Shown here: positions 36,869 to 50,686 of the stretch, one piece after another | How the letters are laid out: each line of letters starts with the position of its first letter | How positions within the stretch are numbered: position 1 is the first letter of the stretch | Notes under the pieces: generated by a model | What the model was told of the DNA's origin: nothing | The model's input: only the letters and a program-made list of their open reading frames with translations | The model's database searches: none | NCBI GenBank assembly: GCA_038087875.1 | Contig: CM075992.1 | Span: forward strand, 2,048,001-2,108,000 | Length of the DNA: 60,000 nt | Direction of reading: 5' to 3' | From: Malacoraja senta | Lineage: Eukaryota | Translations under genes and position numbers: made by a program

Positions 36869-38496
36869 CCAAAACTGGAAATAAAAAAAGAATGAGAAAG
36901 TTGTGAAAAGAGATATGGGGAGAAAGTTCACACTAGATTAGTCAGTGCAAGTATTTTACTGAGATTAGTTCAAATGGGAATGATATAACAAATTTGAGTT
37001 TACAACGTGTGATTGCAGATATATGAATCAAGTTAAGGACTTCAACACACATAGCCACAGCAACAGTTTGAACAGGGGTGGGACCAGGCATTTAATATTG
37101 CTGGGTGATGAATGGTAATAAAATATATATCATAATACTGGCGAGGGAATGACGCTGAGGCTCAACGATAGTCTTCCTTTAGACACTCTCTTCATAAACT
37201 CTAGAGCATTATGTTCATTTCAAGAGGGATGTGTGAGGCTAGTGGACACAGAGAGAGCCTAGCCTTGATCTTTCATAGGCCAAATTTAGGCATCAAACAG
37301 CCGGACTTTCATATCGGCAAGACCAAGAGCTGGCTCGGCGATCATTTGGCTGAACATCCCGCTCAGTCCGCCTAAACCTACATGATCTCCCGGTTGTTAA
37401 CACTTTAACTCCCCCTCCCATTCCCAATCTGACCTGGGCCTCCTCCATTATCAGAGTGAGGCCCAGCGTAAATTGGAGGAACAGCACCTCATATTTCGCT
37501 TGGGCAGCTTACACCCCAGCGGTATGAATTTAGATTTCTCTAACTTCAAGTAATCCCTTGATTTCCCTCTCTCTCCATCCTTCCCCCATCCTTGTTCTCT
37601 GACTAGTTTTACTGCCCTCCTAATTCAATTTTACATTGCATGCCTCGTGGTCCCCTTCCCCATAGCTAACAATGATCTATTCTACATTTCCCTTGAACTT
37701 CGTCCCCTTTGATCTCTTGTTTTCACACCTCACCCTTTTATATCTCTATGTCTCCCTTTCCTCCGACTCTCAATCTGAAGGAGGGTCTCGACCCGAAACG
37801 TCACCCATTCCTTCTCTCCGGAGATGCTGCCTGTCGCGCTGTTACTCCAGCATTTTGTGTCTACCTTGGGTTTAAACCAGCATCTGCAGTTCCTTCCCAC
37901 ACACTATCACTTGCCAGGATTTGTCCCGCTACCACTCCTTTTCTAGCTTTCTCATTGCCTGACTAAAGAAGGGTCCCAACCCGAAAAGCTGCCTGTCCAT
38001 TCTCTCCACAGATGCTGCCTGACCCACTGAGTTACTCCAGCAGTTTGCCTTTTGTCTCATGCCTGCTGCTCTACTGAAGAAGAAGGTCCAATGTTTTAAT
38101 ACAGCTCAACACTCTCCATGTCCTTGATATCGTTAATATTGAAAAATCCAACAATTTCTCTCTCGAAAAAAACTCGTCAGCTGTCACTTGTTATTCTAAT
38201 TACCCACTCCTATCTATTTCAAAGTCTCGTTTTACTAACATCTCATTTTCTTTCCATTCCCATTTTCTGTTCCTTTTGACAACGTCACATTTCCTTTGAT
38301 ACATTACCCTTCAACTTTTCATTTCCTGTTGGTTTTTTGTATTCAATGAGCCCTATATTTAACGATGCATTAAAAATTAAATGCATTGAACATTAAACGT
38401 TTAGTTTCCCAGTGTCCTCGAGGCAATTCATGTCTTGTACTGCATGATTGAATTTGTTTGAATTTAAGATCATAGTTTCAGATTGAACTAAATCAC

Positions 38497-39248
38497 ATGG
38501 TGGCCGACTAGGAAAAGGGGAGATGCAGCGAGACCTGGGTGTCATGGTACACCAGTCATTGAAAGTAGGCATGCAGGTGCAGCAGGCAGTGAAGAAAGCG
38601 AATGGTATGTTAGCTTTCATAGCAAAAGGATTTGAGTATAGGAGCAGGGAGGTTCTACTGCAGTTGTATAGGGTCTTGGTGAGACCACACCTGGAGTATT
38701 GCGTACAGTTTTGGTCTCCAAATCTGAGGAAGGACATTATTGCCATAGAGGGAGTGCAGAGAAGGTTCACCAGACTGATTCCTGGGATGTCAGGACTGTC
38801 TTATGAAGAAAGACTGGATAGACTTGGTTTATACTCTCTAGAATTTAGGAGATTGAGAGGGGATCTTATAGAAACTTACAAAATTCTTAAGGGGTTGGAC
38901 AGGCTAGATGCAGGAAGATTGCTCCCGATGTTGGGGAAGTCCAGGACAAGGGGTCACAGCTTAAGGATAAGGGGGAAATCCTTTAAAACTGAGATGAGAA
39001 TAACTTTTTTCACACAGAGAGTGGTGAATGCTCTGGAACTCTCTGCCACAGAGGGTAGTTGAGGCCAGTTCATTGGCTATATTTAAGATGGAGTTAGATG
39101 TGGCCCTTGTAGCTAAAGGGATCAGAGGGTATGGAGAGAAGGCAGGTACGGGATACTGAGTTGGATGATCAGCCATGATCATATTGAATGGCGGTGCAGG
39201 CTCGAAGGGCCGAATGGCCTACTCCTGCACCTAATTTCTATGTTTCTA
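38497..39248 (+). mobile_element. CR1/HER1-like LINE 3' fragment
   Basis: QRDLGV.VH.SLK...LYRVLVRPHLEYCVQFWSP...RRLRGDLIETYKI...RTRGHSL, with a (TTCTATGT)n tail. Shorter copies at about 5550-5900 (-), 17990-18420 (+), 23572-23968 (+), 24765-25150 (-), 27105-27406 (+), 28588-29360 (+), 33806-34187 (+), 40375-40725 (-), 47210-47585 (+) and 48900-49460 (+). Confidence 0.9.
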
Positions 39249-42200
39249 TACGATATTTATATAAAATTCTACCATATTATTCTGTACCCTAACACAACCT
39301 ACTTCTTGTGTCGAAGATAGACACACAAAGCTGGAGTAACTCAGCAGGGCAGGCAGCATCTCTGAAGGGAAGGAACAGGTGACCCTTCATACCTCTTGTG
39401 TCCATGGCCACAAAGCTTAGAGCTTGCCTTCTGACTTTAGACTTTAGAGATTTAGTTTAATTTGGAGATACAGCATGAAAACAGGCCCTTTGGCCCACCA
39501 AGTCCGTGCCTACCAGGGGTGTCATTCTCCCGCTACCAGAATCGAAAACTACCCTCAACCACTATAGTTAATAGTCACAAGTCAAGTCAAGTCACATTTA
39601 TTTATATAGCACATTTAAAAAACAACTCTCATTGGCCAAAGTGCTTTACATTTGTTATAAGAATAATATAAACAAACAAACTACATACATAGGTACACAA
39701 AAATGCTGGAGAAACTCAGCGGGTGCAGCAGCATCTATGGAGCGAAGGAAATAGGCAACGTTTCGGGCCGAAACCCTTCTTCAGACTGATAGGGGGTGGG
39801 GAGAAGCTACATACATATATACATATAGACCTCACTCAGAGGATGTCAAGAAAGGCTTGGGAGTACAGATAAGTTTTTAGTCTTGACTTAAAGGAGTCGA
39901 TGGAGGGGGCAGTTCTGATGGGAAGGGGGATGCTGTTCCACAGTCTAGGGGCTGCAACCGCAAAGGCGCGGTCGCCCCTGAGCTTATGCCTAGACCACGG
40001 GATATTCAGCAACCCCAATACCCACTCATCCAGGCACTAAACCATACCAAGATGCTGCCGGTGAGAGGGTATTAGCTACAGTTTAAGGATAAGTTGAGGG
40101 CAGTTTTAGATTCAGGTCGGGGGGGGAATGACACCCATATTGAACTTGGATTACTTGCTCAGAACCACTGATCTTACGGTAACATTCTGACATTATCTCA
40201 CTTAGAGGGGCGGTTAAACTACTAACAACGTTTTAGATTTGACAAAAGGGGTGTCCAACCTTTATAAACATACCTTCAAACAGTTTCCCTCAGGAAATAG
40301 ACCCTGAGTCATTTACACTCACTGGGGTACAGTTCCATCTCCTAAAGGTGCTTATAAGTTCACAAGTTCATAAGTAATGGGAGCAGAATTAGGCCATTCG
40401 GTCGACTCCGCCATTCAGTCATGGCTGATCTATCTCTCCCTCCTAACCCCATTCTCCTGCCTTCTCCCCATATCCCCTGACACCCGTACTAATCAAGAAT
40501 CTATCTGTCTCTGCCTTATAAATAGCCATTGACTTGGCCTCCAATTAATTGCACAGATTCACCACCCTCTGACTAAATAAATTCCTCCTCATCTCCTTCC
40601 TTTAATTCTGAGGCTGTGTCCTCTGGTCCCACTAGTGGAAACATCCTCTCCACATCCACTCTATCCAGGCCTTTCACTATTCGGTGAGTTTCAATGAGTT
40701 CGCCCCTCATCATTCTAAACTCCAGAACTGAGCTGAACTGAGCCGACTCTCTCTCTCTCTGGGGTACACAGTCCTCTCTCCTAAAGGTGCTCATTCTACC
40801 TGGGGTACAGTTCTCTCTCCTGATTGTGTAGACACTCACAGGAGCACAATTCCACGCTTCATCTTCCTCAAGTATTTCAGAAGTTGTGAAGAAATCCATT
40901 CAGCAAGAATCTCTTTGTTGCGGGTAAACATATTCAACCTTCCGTCCTTATCACTTGTTCATAGTCGCTGTTCCATGACATTTGTCTTACGATTGAGCAA
41001 AATGTCATTCTGTTGTTCAATAAGAAGCAGGAGTTGATAACCTGATCCATGTACGCCAGATTAGAACAAGATTAAAGCCAACAGGCAAAGTGACATTTAA
41101 CAAATGCCCTTTCGGGGATGACGTGAAAATAAATCTTTAATTAAAAGTGGCTGCATTTTCCAGCCTCTTTACTGCAGGATGGTCCAACTCATCAGCATGG
41201 TATACTCAATGTTACAAAGCCACAGCTCCAAAAGCAGTGAGTGACCTTTCGATCGAAAGACACAAAGTGCCGGTGTAACTCAACGGTCAGGCAGCAACTC
41301 TGGAAAACTCTGGAGGACTGTGAGCAGAGACGTGGGAAGGGGAAACTAGAGAAGCACTTGCAGAAAAAGAGGATAGCAAGTTATGCTGAGTGGGTCATCA
41401 AGGTTAACGTGGACCAGTTGGGTCAAACGGCCTTGTTGTACTAGATAGAAACATAGCAGAAACATAGAAAAATAGGTGCAGGGGTAGGCCATTCGGCCCC
41501 AAGCCAGCACCGCCATTCAATATGATCATGGCTGATCATCCCAAATCCGTACCCCGTTCCTGCTTTTTCCCACCAGGTCCATTAATTCCTTCAACCCTAA
41601 GAGCTAAATCTAACGCTCTCTTGATAACATCCAGTGAATTGGCCTCCACTACCATCTGTGGCAGAGAATTCCACAGATTTCAACTCTCTGGGTGAAAACG
41701 TTTTTCCTCATCTCAGTCCTAAATGGCCTACCCCTTATTCTTCAACTGTGTGGGCCCTGGTTCTGGACTCCACCAACATTTTTCCTGTATCTAGCCTGTC
41801 CAATCCTTTAAGAATTTTATATCTTTCTATAAGATTGCCTCTCATCCTTCTAAATTCCTGTGTCGCAAGGAACTGCAGATGCTGGTTTAAACCCTCTCCA
41901 GAGATGCTGCCTGTCCCGCTGAATTACTCCAGCTTTTTGTATCCATCTTTTGTTGTACTAGATAATATGCTTGTGCAATGACTGCCTTCAGTTGCGCGTA
42001 TTGAAGTTGGCAGCTGATGGGATCTCTGTCAGAGTCCTTGGTTATCAGTTTGACACATACACATCGACTGGGACTTAGTCACAGGAAAAGGCTCATCATA
42101 AATTGTTCTTCAATTAGTGCCCGGTTTTAGATCAACTGCTGTCCACCTTGGTGATAATACAGTTGATGAGGCAATTCATTCATTACATGAGTCAGTTCAA

Positions 42201-42260
42201 ACATCCATACATAGATTCAAATGCAAAGTTACATTGCTGAAAGTTATATTCTGTCACTTA

Positions 42261-42598
42261 GTTGAAGAGTTGGTATGTCCCATTTACGTAATGCTCATAG
42301 AAATATTTGTTTCTCTCTTTTTCCTCTTTCTCTTTCTCTTTCTTTTCTAGGGTCTATTTCTTAACTCTTTTTCTTTTGTTTTTAATTTTGCTCTTATAGG
42401 GTCTTCGTCCTTTTTTGTTGTCACATTTTCTACACTTTCACTTTTTCCTTCACTTTCTTCTTTCTTTCAATCTTTTCCTTTTCTAGTGTAAAAAATAAAT
42501 GGAGTACATTAATTGTAAGAAGACATAAGTGACGAGTACTAATGTATGTGGTTGTAATGTAATGTACTTCTAATAAATAAAAATTTAAAAAATATATA
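42261..42598 (+). mobile_element. 5'-truncated L1 3' UTR copy with TSD ATATTCTGTCACTTA
   Basis: Highly similar to the reverse complement of 34530-34870, with AATAAA, an A-rich tail and a duplicated 15-16 bp flank. A related insertion sits at 28710-28994 (-) inside a CR1 fragment. Confidence 0.82.
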
Positions 42599-43691
42599 TA
42601 TATTCTGTCACTTACACTTGCTTACTCTCTCTCTCTCTTTCTCTCTCTCACTCTCTAACTCTCTCACTCTCTCACTCGTCAATGATACTTCATTCCCACA
42701 TGTACCGAGGTATAGTGAACTTATTCGTTTTGCATACAACCCGGGAAAATCATACAATCTCTGTCTCCTTTCCCCTCTCATACAGGGGCAGTCGTAAAAG
42801 TATGTCAGAAGGAACTGCAGATGCTGGTTTCACCAGAAGATAGACACAAAATGCTGGAGTAACTCAGCGGGTCAGGAAGCATCTCTGGGGAGAAGGAATG
42901 GGTGACGTTTCGGGTCGAGACCCTTCTTCAGACTGGGTCTGAAGCCTGACGAAGGGTCTCGACCCAAAACGTCACCTATACCTTCTCTCCAGAGTTGCTT
43001 GCTGTCCTGCAGAGTTACTCCAGCATTTTGTGTGTATCTTCGGTCGTAGAAAGATGTTTGGCACCAAGGCTGAAAGGCAGATATCAGGCCCACCAGGCTT
43101 TAAGTGAGGGAGCGGTGGTTTTGGGCATGAAGTTCAGAGTGAACGCTGAACAGTCCTTGTTCCAAATGTACACCAGCACCATCCCCCAACTCTTCCTCCC
43201 CTACATCAACAGCTGCATCGGGGCTGCCCCCTGCACTCTTGCAGACTCATTGACTTCATTAACTTTACCACTAACTTCCACCCTGCCTTCAAATTCACAT
43301 GGACTATCTCTGGCACCTCTCTCCCCTTTCTTGGTCTCTCTGACCCCATGACGGGGATAATCGATTGATGTCGACAACAAACCCACCGACTCCCACAGTT
43401 ATCCCTCCCACCCTGCCTCTTGCAAAGACGCTATTCCCCGCTCTCAATTTCTCCATCCACGCTGCACCTTGCTCCCAAGTTGAGGCTTTGTCAATTGTTC
43501 AATTGTAAATGTAGCTTCCCCCCCTGCTACCTCACATCTGCCTCCTCTGTGACCTGAAGTTCTGCTCTCGCTCCCCTCGCCCCAGGCACAACAAGGATAG
43601 TTTCCCTGGTCCTCACCTTTCACCCCAGTGGCCTCCACATCCAATACATAATTCTCCGACATTTCCGTCACTTCCAACGTGATCCCAACAT

Positions 43692-45177
43692 ATAACCATA
43701 TAACAATTACAGCACGGAAACAGGCCATCTCGACCCCTTCTAGTCCGTGCCGAACACGTATTCTCCCCTAGTCCCATATACCTGCGCTCAGACCATAACC
43801 CTCCATTCCTTTCCTGTCCATATAACTATCCAATTTATTTTTAAATGATAAACACGAACCTGCCTCCACCACCTTCACTGGAAGCTCATTCCACACAGCC
43901 ACCACTCTCTGAGTAAAGAAGTTCCCCCTCATGTTACCCCTAAACTTCTGTCCCTTAATTCTCAAGTCATGTCCCCTTGTTTGAATCTTCCCTACTCTCA
44001 GTGGGAAAAGCTTATCCACGTCAACTCTGTCTATCCCTCTCATCATTTTAAAGACCTCTATCAAGTCCCCCCTTAACCTTCTGCGCTCCAAAGAATAAAG
44101 ACCTAACTTGTTCAACCTTTCTCTGTAACTTAGTTGCTGAAACCCAGGCAACATTCTAGTAAATCTCCTCTGTACTCTCTCTATTTTGTTGACATCCTTC
44201 CTATAATTAGGCGACCAGAATTGTACACCATACTCCAGAATTGGCCTCACCAATGCCTTGTACAATTTTAACATTACATCCCAACTTCTATACTCAATGC
44301 TCTGATTTATAAAAGCCAGCACACCAAAAGCTTTCTTTACCACCCTATCTACATGAGATTCCACTTTCAGGGAACTGTGCACAGTTATTCCAAGATCCCT
44401 CTGTTCACCTGCATTCTTCAATTCCCTACCATTTACCATGTACGTCCTATTTTGATTTGTCCTGCCAAGATGTAGCACCTCACACTTATCGGCATTAAAC
44501 TCCATCTGCCATCTTTCAGCCCACTCTTCCAACCGGCATAAATCTCTCTGTAGACTTTGAAAATCTACTTCATTATCCACAGCCCCACCTATCTTAGTAT
44601 CATCTGCATACTTACTAATCAAATTTACCACACCATCATCCAGATCATTGATGTACATGACAAACAACAGTGGACCCAACACAGATCCCTGATGCACCCC
44701 ACTAGTCACTGGCCTCCAACCTGACAAACAACCATCCACCATTACTCTCTGGCATCTCCCATTCAGCCACTGTTGAATCCATCTTGCTACTCCACCATTA
44801 ATACCCAACCATTGAACCTTCTTTACCAACCTTCCATGAGGAACCTTGTCAAAGGCCTTACTGAAGTCCATATATACAACAATCACGGCTTTACCCTCAT
44901 CAATTTCCCGAGTAACCTCTTCAAAAAATTCAAGAAGATTAGTCAAACATGACCTTCCAGGCACAAATCCATGTTGACTGTTCCTAATCAGACCCTGTTT
45001 ATCCAGATGCTTATATATATTATCTCTAAGTATCCTTTCCATTAATTTGCCCACCACTGACGTCAAACTAACAGGTCTATAATTGCTAGGTTTACTCTTA
45101 GACCCCTTTTTAAACAATGGAACAACATGCGCAGTACGCCAATCCTCCGGCACTATTGCCGTTTCTAATGACATTTG
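43692..45177 (-). mobile_element. Young CR1-clade LINE, 5'-truncated, with an uninterrupted RT ORF (about 470 aa)
   Basis: NYRPVSLTSVVGKLME...QHGF...YMDFSKAFDKVPH...QGSVLGPLLF...YADD, with an (ATATGGTT)n tail. Inserted into a Penelope fragment with an AACAT duplication (43687-43691 and 45178-45182). Confidence 0.92.
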
Positions 45178-46607
45178 AACATCAGCCACATCTTCCCATC
45201 CTCACCCCTTTCCGCCTTCCACAGAGACAGCTCCCTCCCAACATCAGCCACATCTTCCCATCCTCACCCCTTTCCGCCTTCCACAGAGACAGCTCCCTCC
45301 ACAACTCCTTGCTTCACTCATTCCTTCCCACCCAAACCAACCATTACCCCTGTAACCCCACTTTCTTCCACATGGGTTTCCTCCAAATTAGTTCAGTTTC
45401 GTTTAGAAACAGGCCCGCAGAAACAGGTCCGCGCCAACCAGCGATCCCTGCACACTAACACTATCCTACACCCAAGCCTATTAACCTACAAACCTGTACG
45501 CCTTTGGAGTGTGGGAGGAAACCGGAGCACCCGGAGAAAACCCACGCAGGTCACGGGGAGAACGTACAAACTCCATTCAGACAGCACCATAGTCGGGAAC
45601 GAACCTGGGTCTCCTGGTGCTGCATTCGCTGTAAGGCAGCAACTCTACCGCAGCGCCACCATGACCTCCCCCAATGTTCGGGGTCCTCTTGTATGCCAAA
45701 GACACACAGGTTGGTAGGTTGACTGCCCACTGCAAATTGCTCCAATTGTGTGTGTGAGTAGTTGAAAATGTGGGGAGTTGATAAGAAAGAGGGAGAGAAG
45801 GTGTAAATGGGTGGTTAATGTCAGTGTGGATTTTGTTGCTGAAAATGCCTGTTTCTGCACTGTATAACAATGATCCCACAAAAATGTCAGTGTGTGGGAT
45901 CCATTTGAGTGTGTGTACCTTGAGGAGTGTGACAGTCATCCCAATGTCCATGGCAGGTGACACATGCTGAGCTCTGCAACATAGAATTGAAGCTCCCTAA
46001 ACAATTCATCTGACATGCAATGACCAATCAGCCGGGAAACTATAAATGAATCGATTGAAAGATACAACATGGATCTTTGGCCCCCTGAGTCCACTCTGAC
46101 CATCACTCCCCCATTCACACTTGTTCTATCTTATCCCACTTTTGCATCCACTCGCTAAACATGAAGAGCAAACCCGCATGTCTATCGGATGTGGGAGGAA
46201 ACCCCATATAATCGCAGGGAGAACGAGCAAACTCCACACCAACAGCACCTGAGGAGTGACTCCATCAGGCAGCAGCTCCACCAGCTGCGCTACTGGGTAC
46301 TTGAATAGACGAGATTCTGTTTGGGACTTACTTTGAGTAAAGTAAGACTCAAGACTCAATGTAAGACTCTGAGAAGACAAAGTAACTTCTAGACTGAACC
46401 TTGCTGATGTACATGAGGTGAGGTAAGGGGGTTTGACAAATGATAACAACATAATTGTCTTAAAACATTCTGTTTTGTGCGTGTTTGGTTGAAATGATTT
46501 TTTAATTTCTTGTTTGATAAGTTACGAGGGAGACGTATTCTTGGTATGAGGCACATCGTGTGTCCGTCTCCTCCTCATTCCCCAAGACCTTTACATTGCT
46601 CCTGACA

Positions 46608-46695
46608 CCAATCATTAAACCGTCAGTCTCCTGTCGTGTGTTGTGACTGCTCTATAATTATGTCTCTTTATCAGATATCAACAAGGGTTTAAATA
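46608..46695 (+). promoter_or_regulatory. RLN3 proximal promoter: CCAAT, CRE half-site, TATA-like box
   Basis: CCAAT at 46608-46612, CGTCA at 46621-46625 and TTTAAATA at 46688-46695, about 130 nt upstream of the ATG. Confidence 0.55.
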
Positions 46696-46822
46696 GAGGC
46701 AGCTCGGAGCAAGGAGAGCACACAGAAGGAGTCTCGCCCCACAGCCAGCAAGACCTGCTCCCCGCTCCTGACTCACTCACTCTCTTCTTCTCTCCTCTTT
46801 CTCTCTCCTCAGACGACAGGAC

Positions 46823-46997
46823 ATGCAGAAACTCTGGTTCACCCTGGCTGTCTGGCTGCTCACCCCCGGGTCCCAGCTGGAAGCGGAAGCTCGGAATCCG
46901 AGTCTCGGTGTCAAACTCTGTGGGAGAGAGTTTATTCGTGCTGTCATCTTTACCTGTGGAGGCTCCAGGTGGAAGCGGACTGAGATAAACCTGCCAG
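46823..46997 (+). CDS. RLN3: Relaxin-3 preproprotein exon 1 (signal peptide + B chain)
   Basis: MQKLWFTLAVWLLTPGSQLEAEA-RNPSLGVKLCGREFIRAVIFTCGGSRW-KR-TEINLP, then G|gtacga (phase 1). The B chain LCGREFIRAVIFTCGGSRW is diagnostic of RLN3 and carries the RxxxRxxI motif. Confidence 0.97.
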
Positions 46998-49827
46998 GTA
47001 CGAATGAGCATTCCGTCTGTAATTCCTGGGGGTTAAAATGTCATCCAGGGATTAGGTTCTATGCAATGGGAGCCAGGTGGGACACGGAAGAGACAGATTG
47101 CCTTTGATTTGTCTTTGATGCTGGATTTGAGGGATCTTTCCTAACGATTTAGGAGAAGGGTGAGAAACGATTGCACCGTGTGGCAGGCAGAAAACCCAGC
47201 GGTCTAGGAACATATCCAATTCTTGAAGGATTGGACAGGCTAGATGCAGGAAAAATGTTCCCCATGTTGGGGGAGTCCAGAACCAGGGGTCACACAGTTG
47301 AAGAATAAGGGGTAGGTCGTTTAGGACTGAGATGAGGAAAAACTTTTTCACCCAGAGGGTTGTGAATCTGTGGAATTCTCTGCCACAGAAGGCAGTGGAG
47401 GCCAATTCACTAGATTATTTCAAGAGAGAGTTAGATATAGCTCTTAGGGCTAACGGAATCAAGGGATACGGGGAGAAAGCAGGAACGGGGTACTGATTTT
47501 GGAAGATCAGCCACGATCATATTGAATGGTGGTGCTGGCTCGAAGGGCCGAATGGCCTACTTGTGCACCTATTTTTTTCTATGTTTTCCAACAGCTCCCC
47601 CTTCCACCAGCCAAGGCAGGGTGGATTCTCCACATTAGGACAAGGAACATGGAACAGTAGAGTAGGAAGGAACTGCAGATGCTGGTTTACATCGAAGATA
47701 GACACAAAAAGCTGGAGCAACTCAACGGGCCAGCACATGACTGGTTATTCGGCCCACCATGTCTGTGCCAACTAATATGCCAATTGAAACTAATCCTGTC
47801 TGCCTACCCATGGTCTATATCCCTGCCTGTTCATGTGTCTGTCTAAACCCCTATTTAACATTGCTAATGTCTCTGCTTCCCTGGGCAGCATATTCCAGGC
47901 ACCTACCACTCTTTGCAGAAGAAATAGCTGCTTTGCAAATCCTTTGTAAAATTTGTAGGAAGGAACTGCAGATGTTGGTTTAAACCGAAGCTAGATACAA
48001 AATGCTGGAGTAACTCAGCGGGACAAGCAACATCTCTGGAGAGAAGGAATGGGTGATGTTTCGAGTCGAGACCCTTCTTCAGACTGATTGTAATTTAATT
48101 GGCTTTGTATAAATGTAAAATTTAAAATTGACCCTAGTGTGTGTATAGTGTTAATGTCAGGGGAGAGGGAGATACATAGATAAGGATGCGTAAGGTGTGA
48201 AAATAGAACAAAGGGAACCGAGATCAAGGAAAATGTAGCTTAGATCATTGTTATAAAGTTTCCTTTTCTTGTCTTAAAGCTTTGCCCTCCAAAATTGGAG
48301 AATTCCACCCTAGCGACTGATAATCAATGTGATTAAATGTCTATATTTCCCTAGAACATGACAGACACACTCTGTGTGATGCGTTGGGAGGATCTGTATA
48401 TGTTGGTTTAAACTGAAGCCAAAGACACAAAACGCTGGAGTGACTTAGTGGGTTAGGCAGCATCTCTGGAGAAAAAGAATAGCTGACATTTCAGGTCGTG
48501 GCCCTTCTTCAGACCACTATATGTACTGTCGAGTTTTGGCATATTAGTGGCAGAAGCGGATGATATTGATCTTTCTAGATTTCCTGTGCCGTCTTTTGAG
48601 AACTAGCAGGTTGAAGTAACAGGTTGAAGGCTATACTACTTTCTGGGACAGGATGCAGTGAGACTGGTACAGCCACTGCAAGAACGCTGGTCACATAACT
48701 AGCGCAAACCACATCAGGATGTTCCGTTTTCTATCATGTTTAATTTGCTGAATGTAAAAACTGAGGGGGCAAGGTGTGAATTGCTGTTATCTCCACTGTC
48801 ACGCATAGAGGCTGTATGCATCTCCCAAAGCTAATACTGCAGCTGTGAGAATCGTATGGTGGTTACCTCTCAGCTTTTCGACTAAAATACTGTTGAATAC
48901 TATTGAAACATATAAGATTATTAAGGGATTGGACACGCTAGAGGTGGGAAACATGTTGGGGGAGTCCAGAACTTGGGGCCACAGTTTAAGAATAAGGGGT
49001 AGGTCATTTAAGTCAAGAGTCAAGAGAGTTTATTGTCATGTGTCCCAGACAGGACAATGACATTCTTGGGTAGACAAAAATGCTGGAGAAACTCAGCGGG
49101 TGCAGCAGCATCTATGGAGCGAAGGAAATAGGCAACGTTTCGGGCCGAAACCCTTCTTGCTTTGCTGCAGCACAACAGGATATTGTAGTCATAAATTTAG
49201 AACGGAGACGAGGAAACACTTTTTCTCACTGAGAGTGGTGAGTCTGTGGAATTCTCTGCCTCAGAGGGCGGTGGAGGCAGGTTCTCTGGATGCTTTCAAG
49301 AAAGAGTTAGATAGGGCTCTTAAAAATAGCAGAGTCAGGGGATATGGGGAGAAGGCAGGAACGAGGTACTGATTGGGGATGATCAGCCATGATCACATTG
49401 ATTGGCGGTGCTGGCTCGAAGGGCCAAATGGCCTACTCCTGCACCTATTGTCTATTGTCTAAAATAAAAGGAGGCTATTCGGCCCATCGAGTCTAGTCCT
49501 GGGTCACTGGAGCTGCGAGGCAGCAGTTGCATTCAACAAGCCCACACTGTGGCTGTGGTACCGTATATTACTGAGAGTCAGTGCCTCTGATACTGTATCC
49601 AACTGTATCTGACTGCACCGGTTTGGGATAGAAGAATGGTTTCACAGACAAGAATGTTGTCCTCCAGATTAAATTTTGCTAATTGTATGCCTGGTTGTCA
49701 CCGTCCCCATAGCTAACAATGAACCATTCTACATTTACTTTGATCATCGTCCCCTTTGATCTGTCATTTTCACACCTTACCCTTCTGTATCTCTGTGCCT
49801 CCCTCTCCCCTGACTCTCAGTCTGAAG

Positions 49828-50211
49828 CAAAGATCCTTTAGCGAGCAAGATAGTCCACTCGACGAAAAAGACGTAGTACGGTCATGGGCAGATTCATGGG
49901 TCATTTTCGGCCCCATTTCCGTAACCGGCTTCCGTCTCCGCACCAAAGATCCCATAGGATACTAGTGCGGAGACGGAAGCCGGTTACGGAAACATCCTCG
50001 TAAAAATAAAAGTTCTTTGGTAAAAAATCTTCTCCTCATTTTCAGAATTTCAATTTATTAACACAAACTGTTCCCCCGCAACGTTGATTACACTGCGGGT
50101 CGGGTCAGGTCCGGTTACGGAAATGGATGAAAAAAAGGCCCACGTTCTGTTCCGTTGCGTACTACACGTCAGCCCATTGCATTTAGCAGGAGTGGTCTAT
50201 CTTGCTCTTTG
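49828..50211. mobile_element. Non-autonomous DNA transposon with 8-bp TSD in the RLN3 intron (hAT or P superfamily)
   Basis: GTCTGAAG duplicated at 49820-49827 and 50212-50219. Termini CAAAGA...TCTTTG, subterminal IR GAGCAAGATAG(T/A)CCACTC, and an internal 28-bp inverted repeat. Confidence 0.82.
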
Positions 50212-50686
50212 GTCTGAAGAAGGGACTCGACCTGAAATGTCACCCAGTCTGACAGCGGGACAGGCAGCACCCTGACACCTGCTGCCTGTCCCGCTGAGTT
50301 ACTCCAGCATTTTGTGTCTCTCTTCGGTGTATAACTAGCCTCTGCAGTTCCTTCCCGCACAGTACTTTTTATAACATTGTCGGCAGCTTTGTGTACTCTT
50401 CTGTGTACTTTGTATGAAAAAACAAAGATTTTCACCGTACTGAGCTAAGTGCAAGTGACATTAAAGCATCATCATCATCATCATCATCATCAAACGTCAC
50501 CAATCCATTCCCTCCACAGGCCTGAAGAAGGGTTTCGGCCCGAAACGTTGCCTATTTCCTTTGCTCCATAGATGCTGCTGCACCCGCTGAGTTTCTCCAG
50601 CTTTTTGTGTTTTGCTCGACTTATTGCTTGTAGTAATTTGGATTTAATGACGTGAGGGGTTAAGGATTGTGCTCTCTCTCCTGCAG

